64,000 bases of DNA. Source: Naegleria gruberi (Eukaryota). Of this stretch, positions 44,876-54,324 are shown one piece after another. How positions within the stretch are numbered: the first letter of the stretch is position 1; each line of letters begins with the position of its first letter. Below the pieces are notes generated by a model. It saw only the letters and a list, made by a program, of their open reading frames with translations, did not search any database and was not told the origin of the DNA. A program made the position numbers and the translations under genes. The stretch lies in assembly GCA_000004985.1 (NCBI GenBank), contig GG738887.1; one strand, given 5' to 3'.

Positions 44876-45880
44876 TCAATTACATATCAATATAATATCT
44901 GAAAATCTTAAATTATTAACTAAATTACAAGATAAATAATTAATTCTACTCGTATCAAAATAAATAATTGCAGTATCCAAATCTGAACAATAAAATTTTG
45001 GTATTAAATAAGGTCTTCTATCAATAAAACGATTTAAATCATCCATTTTAATTAAACCATATAAAGTAGAAAAATAATAACATTCCAATGTTTTTCTATC
45101 TTGAAACATGAATTGATTTTTGTATCCATAGAAATTTTCAATATCAAATTTAAAAAATAGAGCTGTTGGAAAGTAAACGAAATTTGGAGATGGCATTTCT
45201 TGTCCAATTGAAACAAATGCATTCATTCTTTTATAGACAAGTGTATTTCCTCTAAAAAATACCCAAGATACATTATTATCTATACATGTAAATAATTCAT
45301 AATTATATTTATATTTTGGATTATCTGCACTTAATCCACACATCCATAATGTTTTATCTTTTGATAATAAAACTGTATGATCATAATCAGCACATATATC
45401 AATTATTTCTCCTCCAGAAAATTTAATTTCAGTTAGTGTTTTTAATTGTTCTTCTAAATTACATCCAAATTGTTTTTGTCTTTTATCCTTTATATTAATA
45501 ATTATTATTATCATTATTTATATTTTAATTATTATAAATATTATTATTATTATATAATAAATTTATGAATATTAAAAGAAGAAAATACTAACTTGTTCAA
45601 TCCAAATGCGAATATTCTTCCCATAGTTGTTAAAAGTAAAAGAAATTTTCGACCAGTTTCAATTTTCTTAATATATTCAAGTTCCATTAAATTTAATCCT
45701 TTAATTTCATTACAAGAACCAGCTGATTTAATATGATACACTTTCCATCTCGAACAACAAATAAAATGATTTTCAGTAGTTGAAATATCTATAATTTTCT
45801 CTCCAATTTGAATTTTATGAATATTATTCTTTTCTATTAAAAAACATTCTCCATTTTCTATTCAATCCAGATTGAATGGT
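44876..45880 (-). CDS. RCC1-like repeat protein, multi-exon partial model
   Basis: 'GGEIIDICADYDHTVLLSKDKTLWMCG' and 'MGRIFAFGLNK' resemble RCC1 blades. The track ORFs 44876..45514 and 45550..45741 share a strand and are probably joined by a short intron. The 5' end near 45880 is not resolved. Confidence 0.3.
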
Positions 45881-46519
45881 ATCATTTAAAGTAATCTTTC
45901 TTTTCTTTTCAAACAATGCTGACTTGTAAAATGAATCCAAAGTAACCTAAGTCAACTTTCTTATAACCATATTATCAAAATATAACTCCTCTCAGAGAGA
46001 GATTCAAAAATAGCTAAAGCACCTCTTGTAATAAGAAATGTACTCTATTCATTGCCATGGTTATTTAAAAGACATACTAATTACAAACGTAGTGATTATA
46101 ATTTAGTTTTAATATTGTCCCAATGATTCATCATAAACTTTTTCAGGATCCTATTCTTGATTTGAATTCTATCCGGGTAGAATTTGACCGTCTTGTACCA
46201 TGTCTTCACTTGGACTAATTATTATAGGGTGCCGTAATGAAATGAAGAATAAGTAAATTCCAAAAACGATTCAATGTAAAAATCATTGGACCGGTTACGC
46301 AATAGAACTTTTCTACCTTATCAAATATTTTCAAGACTTTATTTCTTGTACGTAATGCAAAAATGTTAGGTGTTCCTCCGTATCATGTAAAATATTGCCG
46401 AGCAAGAATTTGTGTTGCAAACAATTTTATTTGTTATCAATTCATTTAAAACATGTTTTGCAAATATATCCAACTTTTTATTAATAAAAAAAAATAAGAT
46501 CAAAACAACAAAAGAAACC

Positions 46520-48007
46520 ATGAATCCATCACAAGAAGCAAGGACAACAATAGAAGAAGAACAGGATCCAGTGGTTGTCCATCTTGATTTATCAATCTTA
46601 AGTGGTACCCTAAAGAGTACCTTTGCCCACCAAACCAAATTGTTCCTGGAATGGTACAAGGAGGAGCAATTATTTTCCTTTACCAATTCCTTAATTATTC
46701 CATTGGAATATTGCACAAGACCTACAAAATCTGATGTTTGGGCTTTTAGATCTCCTATTCCAAGAGAGGGAATATTTATATTTGGAAAGGGAGAAACACT
46801 TTCTGATGCCGTATGTAACAGAGCAAATTGGTGGCAGGGTGGTGCAACAGTCTTGATAGACCCTTCAGCTCCTCACATGCGAGCTTCTATTCCTCGTCTA
46901 TCAACAAAAAGGCGAAAAAAGAAGAATAATAATAAGTGTGACCAGGTGCCAGGTGAAATTGACACTTTGGAAGTAATTTCACTTGAATTACGAAATGATC
47001 CGGAATATATGAAAGCTCGTGTCAAGGAAAATGGATTATTTCTCTACTACGCACATCCAGATATTCTTCAAAATCGAGATATTGTTCTTGAAGCCATAAG
47101 AAATAATGGAGCTGCTTTCAAGTTTCTTCCATTCAATCTGAGACAAGATGAAGAATTTGTAAAGAAAGCAGTAGAATTGAACGGAGATTCTTTTTACTAC
47201 CTAAATAGAGAATTTAGAAATAGACAGGATTTGTTTGAGACTTCCATATTCACAAGTGGAACGGCTATTCAAAGAGCTGGTGAAAATATTAGAAAGAGTC
47301 GCTGTTCCATCTTCAAATCTGTTTCAAATGACTGGAGAGCCATCTATTGGGTTGAAAAAAGCTACCCATTCTATTCCAATTTAATTGAATCGATTCTCAC
47401 TTCCAAAGTTAATGAATCTGAATTGCTCCACTCAAACTTGATTTCCTCGAAAGAACAACTTTTGAAGTTTCTTGATATTTCACACAAAGCTTTTTTCATG
47501 AGCACCAAAGAGATTACATTGGATGAACAGGTTATTGTAAAGGCAATGAACAAGAATATTTTGATTGCGAACCATCTCAGTCTTGATCATCTCACTATAG
47601 TATTGAATGATCATGCCCTTATAAAACAAATGATCCAACATCAAGGTGTGGAATGGAATGAAGATATGGCCGAATTAATTTTGAAAAATTCATCCTCTAC
47701 TGACATTGCCAGAGAATTAATAAGAAAATATCCTTGTTGTGCAAAGCATGTCTCCGGCAAATCTCCAATATTGTTGGACCCATTCATTATGAGAAATTTC
47801 GAACAACAATTCCTATTTTTGTACGGGCATTCTCGTTTTATTTTTGATAAGAATAATAGAGAATATTTGGAAAAATTAGGGTATTGCTTTCATGGAACTA
47901 ATTATTTGGATGCTTTGAAAGAAAGATTTGCACAATCCTATCCAGATCTTGTTATTCCATGGCATAGATTTGGAAATTTTGAAACATTTGCTCCACAATT
48001 GAACTAA
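46520..48007 (+). CDS. DUF4116 repeat protein (496 aa)
   Basis: 'NDPEYMKARVKENGLFLYYAHPDILQNRDIVLEAIRNNGAAFKFLPFNLRQDEEFVKKAVELNGDSFYYLNREFRNRQDLF' is a series of canonical DUF4116 repeats. The start is set to ATG 46520; the track start 46412 is a non-ATG codon. The antisense track ORF 46366..46716 is spurious. Confidence 0.55.
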   Translation: MNPSQEARTTIEEEQDPVVVHLDLSILSGTLKSTFAHQTKLFLEWYKEEQLFSFTNSLIIPLEYCTRPTKSDVWAFRSPIPREGIFIFGKGETLSDAVCNRANWWQGGATVLIDPSAPHMRASIPRLSTKRRKKKNNNKCDQVPGEIDTLEVISLELRNDPEYMKARVKENGLFLYYAHPDILQNRDIVLEAIRNNGAAFKFLPFNLRQDEEFVKKAVELNGDSFYYLNREFRNRQDLFETSIFTSGTAIQRAGENIRKSRCSIFKSVSNDWRAIYWVEKSYPFYSNLIESILTSKVNESELLHSNLISSKEQLLKFLDISHKAFFMSTKEITLDEQVIVKAMNKNILIANHLSLDHLTIVLNDHALIKQMIQHQGVEWNEDMAELILKNSSSTDIARELIRKYPCCAKHVSGKSPILLDPFIMRNFEQQFLFLYGHSRFIFDKNNREYLEKLGYCFHGTNYLDALKERFAQSYPDLVIPWHRFGNFETFAPQLN

Positions 48008-48153
48008 CAATAAATTCAATATTTCATACAAACTGAACCATTCTTTACCAAATATGTATTTTAAACAAATAAGTAATTGAATAATTAAGGTATGTTGTAG
48101 ATTGACTGAATATGGAAAAGAGTTTAGCAAACTTTTAAATTACATAAAATTCT

Positions 48154-48834
48154 TCATCTTACTAAAGCAACAGCCAACGTGGCCAATAAAGCAGCAATGA
48201 TAAATCCAACCACAAGTCCAACTGCAAAAAACACTACTGAATACTTGTGTGGGAGAGCACATTTTCTTCCCAATTCTTCACAATTACACAAAAAATCACA
48301 TTTCCCACCATCCAAATCAGCTTCAAGTTCTTCCTCTTGTGTCGTTTCAATAAATCTTTGTTTCTTCTTTTTTCTTTCTTTGGTTTCTTCCTTGATTGGA
48401 GGTGATTCGATCATTGGTTGAATAGTTGGTGTTTCGTCTGGAATAGTTTTTGCATTCTTTGGTGGTGAAATATCTCTTGAACAAACTAAAAGTTTCATTT
48501 CCTTTACCTGATTTTCTCTAAAGAATTCCAAAGTCGAATTGGAAATTTGATAAAACATCTTTTTCTTTTTTGATTTTAGTGGATTTTCACCAATTGGTGA
48601 AAGTAACCATTCATATTCAATGACATTTTCTTGTGTTTGCAATCCACTTTCTTCAATAACATTTTTAATATCCGAAACTTGATGAATTTGATAAACTCCT
48701 CTCAGAGATGTTCCATTAATTTTCTTTTTTGGATGATCAAAGAATAACCACAGTGGAGTTGTTACAGCAGTATTGATGGCTGTGGAGAAGGCAAGGGATC
48801 CCAAAGGTTGTGAAGTATTGTTGTTTTCAGCCAT
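48154..48834 (-). CDS. Tail-anchored membrane protein with a PH/GRAM-like N-terminal region and a Cys cluster
   Basis: 226 aa. The C-terminal 'VVFFAVGLVVGFIIAALLATLAVALVR*' is a single TM at the extreme C-terminus. There is a 'KKKKQR' basic stretch and a 'CDFLCNCEELGRKCA' Cys motif. Confidence 0.4.
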   Translation of the reverse strand: MAENNNTSQPLGSLAFSTAINTAVTTPLWLFFDHPKKKINGTSLRGVYQIHQVSDIKNVIEESGLQTQENVIEYEWLLSPIGENPLKSKKKKMFYQISNSTLEFFRENQVKEMKLLVCSRDISPPKNAKTIPDETPTIQPMIESPPIKEETKERKKKKQRFIETTQEEELEADLDGGKCDFLCNCEELGRKCALPHKYSVVFFAVGLVVGFIIAALLATLAVALVR

Positions 48835-49183
48835 TTTTTTATTGTTGTGCTAAAGATAAACAACTCAGGTGTCACGCTATTTAACAAGCCAAATATGTAA
48901 ATTTTGGTGGATATTGACATTATGGAGCTAATACAGACAGTAAGCGTCATAATTGGTTAATCCAATGTATTGATTGGGGTAGAATTCAAAAATTCATCAC
49001 TCAAATATGTTTTAATTGTGTTTTTGTTGAGATGTTTGTTTTGAGCAACATTTTCTCTGGTGTGATTCAAACCCACCATATACAAACCGCCACAATCCTC
49101 TCATTACAGTTACCATGATTAATAAGGTGAAACGTAGTTCTCTCTGTAAATCCTGCCGTATCAAAAAAAACTTGAACAAAATA

Positions 49184-49858
49184 ATGAAGGGCTCAATCCT
49201 CGTGTCCATTGTTCTTCTTCTCATTGTTAGCTTGCAATTGGTCTCAGCTTTTGGTGTTGCCGATAGCACTGTTGATAGAGTGAGAAAGACTCTTGTTGAA
49301 AAACAGGAACAACTCAAGAAAGTTCAAGATGGCATTCAATATCAAGAGGTTCTTCTCTCGGGATCTAAGAATTATGGAAATAAGGAAAGTCCAATAATGA
49401 TATCTTATAATCAAGAGAAGGAACAACAAATTTCCGAATTAAAACAACTTGAAAAGACAATCAATTTTGAAGTGGATTTCTTAAAGAAGAATTGGGAGGA
49501 AAGAGTTGTTATTGCCTTGTATCGTAATTTACTCAATAGAGCTCCAGAACCAACTGGATTGGCTCATTGGGCTAGTGTCTTGAGAGTGAATGATGTTAGA
49601 AAGACCATCAAAGCGATCGCCCATTCCGAAGAATACAAGCAAAAGAATATGAATACTCCAACTGAAACTGTCAAGAATGGTTATAGAATTATCTTGGGCA
49701 GAGAAGTTGAATCAGATAGTGTATTGGCTGAACAAGTTAAAAATGTGGAAAAGTTTGGACCTTTGGCTGTTATTGTTGCTTTGATTGATTCTGATGAATA
49801 TACTAAGGCATTTGGAGATTATTCAGTGCCTATTCCTGCTCAAATTACAAAGAAATAA
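49184..49858 (+). CDS. Secreted DUF4214-domain protein
   Basis: Signal peptide 'MKGSILVSIVLLLIVSLQLVSAFG'. 'VVIALYRNLLNRAPEPTGLAHWASVLRVNDVRKTIKAIAHSEEYK' matches the DUF4214 core (L-Y-x-x-L-L-x-R-x-P-[DE]-x-x-G-L-x-[HY]-W ... S-x-E-[FY]), a domain that is mostly bacterial. Confidence 0.5.
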   Translation: MKGSILVSIVLLLIVSLQLVSAFGVADSTVDRVRKTLVEKQEQLKKVQDGIQYQEVLLSGSKNYGNKESPIMISYNQEKEQQISELKQLEKTINFEVDFLKKNWEERVVIALYRNLLNRAPEPTGLAHWASVLRVNDVRKTIKAIAHSEEYKQKNMNTPTETVKNGYRIILGREVESDSVLAEQVKNVEKFGPLAVIVALIDSDEYTKAFGDYSVPIPAQITKK

Positions 49859-50234
49859 ACTCAGTTCAGAACATGTTTCAACATTGTTTAAGTAAATACA
49901 TCCAAGTAATTGTAATACATGATTTTGCAGGCAAGCTGTTAAGAATAAATGTATTCAACTGCACTATTATCCTTCAATTTTCACTTCCGTGGTCAAACAG
50001 AATTAGAAGACATCCAATATCAACTTAGCTTCCGGAGTTTAAACTTGTTGTCCAGAACAACTTCAATTCCCATAATATCCACTTAGCTTGACTAATGACA
50101 CATGACTTCCTCATATCCTAGATATTTCCAATGTGGAGTTGGTTTATTGTAAAAGGTTCGAGGATATTTCCATTTAGTTTCATTTAAATATTTCAGATGT
50201 TTGTATTTGTAATAATTTTCTCATTCAAAAAAAA

Positions 50235-50921
50235 ATGTTTAAACAAGCAATTCTTTCAGTCTTGATCGTTGCAATCATTGCTTCCTCTGCCTATGCTTCT
50301 CCTATTTTTTCTTTCGTTAAACAATTCGAAAGTGCCAACAAGAGATCTCCAACCTCTTCAAACATCTGTTGTTTGCCAAATGTCTTCTCCATGAAGGGTG
50401 TTTTCAATCAAGTTTCCATCGTTGCCAATAACAGTACCTTACAACCAGTCGATGGTGGTTTCAACTTTGTTGTTGATTACAATGCTGGTAAAATTAGACA
50501 AGATATCACTTACACAGTTGATGGAGCTGTCAATACCTATACTAATTGGGACTTTAAGATTAGTTCTTCTATTACTGTTTCCTATGATTTACAAAGTGGC
50601 AAATGTCATTGTCATAAGGTTACAGATTTCAATCAATGGGAGGCATACTGTATTCCAAATACTGGAACCGTTACCAAAGCAAAGATTGGTTCCTATGATG
50701 CTTTGAAGATTGTCAATACTCAAAATGGTGCAATTGGTACTTTCTGGACATTCAGAGAACCACAAATGGCCAATGATAAGTGTTGGATTTTGAATACCTT
50801 GGCTGTTTCTTCAACTGCTTCTCTAGAGCAAATGTATTATGATATGGTTGAAAAGGTTGATTCAAATGTTTTCACTGTCCCTGCTTCTTGTCCATCAATT
50901 AATACTTGTTTGTCTCAATAA
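50235..50921 (+). CDS. Secreted Cys-containing hypothetical protein (228 aa)
   Basis: Signal peptide 'MFKQAILSVLIVAIIASSAYA'. Eight or more Cys residues (CC..., CHC, C...C), no TM, and beta-rich composition. Confidence 0.45.
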   Translation: MFKQAILSVLIVAIIASSAYASPIFSFVKQFESANKRSPTSSNICCLPNVFSMKGVFNQVSIVANNSTLQPVDGGFNFVVDYNAGKIRQDITYTVDGAVNTYTNWDFKISSSITVSYDLQSGKCHCHKVTDFNQWEAYCIPNTGTVTKAKIGSYDALKIVNTQNGAIGTFWTFREPQMANDKCWILNTLAVSSTASLEQMYYDMVEKVDSNVFTVPASCPSINTCLSQ

Positions 50922-51380
50922 ATTATCATAACATGAGTTGTGTTAATTGATACAATTTCTACACAATAGTTCCTTGTTTTGGAAAAGGAAAAAGAAAGGA
51001 GAATCTCTAATACAACAAGAATAAATTTGGACAATTTGAAACGTTGTTACACTATGGCATGTTTGTGTTTGTAATTATGGCCGGATAGAAATGGTTTACA
51101 GAATGCATATTTAACATGCTAGTTGATGATATTTATAACATGTGAATTATGCTCTCCTTAATGGGATATTTGGAAAGTTGAACAATATGTGATGTGAATG
51201 TGTTTCTTGTAAAATATAATCGATTTCCTATCAAATGGTTTTCTGTAGTGGAGCTAATAATTTCACTTCGCACATGCTCCCAACATGAAGGCGCAACTTT
51301 CAAATGTCAACACGTCAAAACGAATTACCTTTTAAACTGTTTCAGTAACTTCAGTTTCACTCCAAAACAAAAAAGAAAAA

Positions 51381-52795
51381 ATGTTTCTTAGTAATTCAGC
51401 AGGTGATGCTATTGCCCCAAGACACTTTGGTGTCAATAGCTCTTTCCAAAGCAAAACCTTTCACATGAAGTTGACCATTATTGCTGCCAAAGGATTGATT
51501 AACACGGATTCAGGAAAGAATGGTAAGTTTTTATTCGAAATTCATCATTTTAATAGATTATTCTTATTCGAAATGTAGGTGATGTTTCGGATCCATATTG
51601 TGTTGCTTGGTTGGGAGGTAAAAAGAAGGAACAATTCAAAACTCGTGTCATTGATGATAATCTGAATCCAGTGTGGGACGAAACTTTTGAGATTCCTCTC
51701 GAGCATAATCCCGAGCAATATGTTCTAATTTGTCAATTATATGATAAGGACACTTTCACATCAGATGATTCTTTAGGATTTGCAGCAGTTTCACTTTCCA
51801 TCCTAAAGCTCAAAGAAGGAGAACCATTTGAAATGTGGTTGAATTTACAAGGAGTTCCAAAAGGATCATTGAATGTACGAATTGAACCTTTGGATTTTTC
51901 TATCAATGATGGATTTGTCTCAAGTAATTCAGAGGAAATACCACAAATTGATCTGACAAACTTTTTGAAGGAATATAAGAATGAGAAGGGAGGAGGATTT
52001 TCCACACGAGGCAGAAGTTTGGCATCTATTTTGAGTGGAAATATTTCAGAAAAGGAATCACATCGTTTGGATAAGTTGTTTGGTGTTGAATATTTGGAGG
52101 ATGTTTATGATAGTTTGAGAACTGGAGATGTGTTACTTCACTCTGGAAAGGGAAATTTCTCTAAAGCTATTCAATTGGGATTTTCTTCGACTTGGTCTCA
52201 CTTATCTGTGATTATTAGAAATCCACCGAAAGAAGTATTGGATGCATACAATGTTAAAGTTGATCATTCATCTCATTATTCAACTGTTTTTGTTGCTGAA
52301 TCAGAAACTGATACAGTTGATAATAAGGAAGGAGGTGGAATTCAATTGGTTGAGTTGAGAAGATGGTTTTTGGATTACTTGACAAGAGATCCAACTGATT
52401 TGTGTTGTCTGAGAAGATTAAATATTCCATCAATGGGAGAAAGACCTAAGGAAGAGAATATTACAGAACATTTCCCATCCCTTGTTGAATATTTAAAGAG
52501 ATGCACAACCAAAAAATATGAAACATCAAAATCTGAATTGTTGAAATGTGTCATTAAGAGAAATACTCAATCAAATGATTCAAATGTTTTCTGTTCAGAG
52601 TTTGTGGCAGAATGTTATACTAAAATGGGTCTTTTACCACAAAATACAATCACATGCAACTATGGTCCACGAGACTTTAGTCAGGAATCCAATTTAGTTA
52701 ACACAGTTCTATTGAAAGGAGCCAATTTGACACCAGAAAAGAGAGTGAGAGTCAAGGAATGGGACAAGGAGCACGATTGGGCCATTCATCCTTAA
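51381..52795 (+). CDS. C2-domain protein with a C-terminal LRAT/NlpC-P60-like His...Cys domain, 2 exons
   Basis: Exon 1 is 51381..51522. The intron is 51523..51578 (GTAAGT...TGTAG, phase 1). Exon 2 is 51579..52795. The junction gives 'KLTIIAAKGLINTDSGKNG|DVSDPYCVAWLGGKKKEQFKTRVIDDNLNPVWDETFEIP', a textbook C2 beta-sandwich start. The C-terminal half contains 'STWSHLSVII' (His) and 'NVFCSEFVAECY' (Cys-x-E-F-V, compare LRAT NCEHFV). Confidence 0.6.
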
Positions 52796-52922
52796 AATCT
52801 CTAGTAAATTACAGGTGCACAGTTTCACGCCAACTTTAATTCTTCCGTGTGACACGTTTTTGTAACTAAGAAAATGAAACATTGAACTTGAACTCATAAG
52901 TTCGCTTAAATTGTCAAAAAAA

Positions 52923-53900
52923 ATGAAGCAAAAGAGGGCTAACCAATCACCATCGTCATTTCGTTGGTATGAAACATGTGGAGAAGCCTTTTTTACACAA
53001 TTAATCATATCCTTCCTTGGTGATGCACCCCGAGAGTTAAAATCACTGGCACAAACATGTAGATTTATTTATCAAATTTACTCTCAACATTGCGATGAGT
53101 TTTGGAAGAATTTACTATTAAAGAAATATCATGATTTAAATCGAGAGGTATTGGAGATGGAGAAAATGAAAGGAAAACTAATGATGGCATATTATCAATT
53201 GAGGTATTTTGAAAATAATTTGGATAAGGTTTCTGAACAGTTATTGAACTGCACTGGAATAGATCCAAAGAACATGAATAATTCATATCATGATCCAAGA
53301 CCTTGTTTTATTTGTGCATCTTCTTATGGATATTATTATGCTCAGGGATTTATAACCCAGTTGATTAGCTCTTTCTTTTTAGAGGAATATGATCCATGCA
53401 CAATAGATTCTTATAGATATAATTTGGAAATGGATAATTCTTCAAAGAGAATGATTTCAATGTATCCTATTTCATTGTATGAGGAATACCCAATACTACT
53501 CGACAATCATATAAATATGAGTGATGGAATGATTTTTTCTCTGGTTATTAGGAACGATTTCAATCCCAATAACTTTACCTCAGAATTTGCAGGATTTACT
53601 CCTTACTACAATCAATTAGCCAAATCAGTTTTTTTTAATAGATATATTATTACAATTGCAATTCATTACAAGGATATTGTGGAAGATTCATTCAAGAAAA
53701 TTGTGGAGGAGGAATTGAGAAAGTTTTTAAAGCAAAATTATGATTTTAGAAATTATCTGATTATGGAATGCAATCTTTTTAATAGAGAACAAGTGCTGAG
53801 AACAACTGTGGAGTCTGTGAAAAGATTTAGATTTATTGACACCAACCAATTCTTGAAATACATGATTCAGTCAGACAAGAAGAAGTGCTCCTTAATGTAA
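52923..53900 (+). CDS. F-box-like hypothetical protein
   Basis: N-terminal 'FFTQLIISFLGDAPRELKSLAQTCRFIYQIYSQHCDEFWKNLL' is F-box-like. The start is set to ATG 52923. Confidence 0.4.
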   Translation: MKQKRANQSPSSFRWYETCGEAFFTQLIISFLGDAPRELKSLAQTCRFIYQIYSQHCDEFWKNLLLKKYHDLNREVLEMEKMKGKLMMAYYQLRYFENNLDKVSEQLLNCTGIDPKNMNNSYHDPRPCFICASSYGYYYAQGFITQLISSFFLEEYDPCTIDSYRYNLEMDNSSKRMISMYPISLYEEYPILLDNHINMSDGMIFSLVIRNDFNPNNFTSEFAGFTPYYNQLAKSVFFNRYIITIAIHYKDIVEDSFKKIVEEELRKFLKQNYDFRNYLIMECNLFNREQVLRTTVESVKRFRFIDTNQFLKYMIQSDKKKCSLM

Positions 53901-54324
53901 ATCAATTTACTTGAATATTTACTTCTAGCGATTGGAAATTAATATCAACCAAATCCCTTACAAAATACTCGAATTTTAGTGTGAAAATATCATACACACA
54001 TCTCATGGGAGAATAATGTCTCGTGGTATTGGCTAATAAAGTGTGAAATAACAATAGAATAGGTTGGATTTATTTCAAAGAAAATCATTTAATTCCACAC
54101 AGTTTTTAGTTCTTCTCTTTATTTGAAGTGCTATCTTTTAACCGCCAAAGCACTTGTAACGGTCAACCGCTTCAATATTTAAATTTTTAAAAAAATTGCG
54201 CAAAAATTTAGTTAGGCGGTTAAATTGAAAATTTTGCTGCTTTTTAAAGAGAAACGGAAAGCTACCCTCTAGATTTTTATTGAACAATTTGTTCTCCTCA
54301 CTCTGAAGAAGAACAACAACAAGT

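Noticed and set aside
46366-46716. 116-aa minus-strand ORF overlapping the DUF4116 gene start
   Set aside because: It overlaps the 5' end and UTR of a well-supported plus-strand gene. Its composition is non-coding-like.
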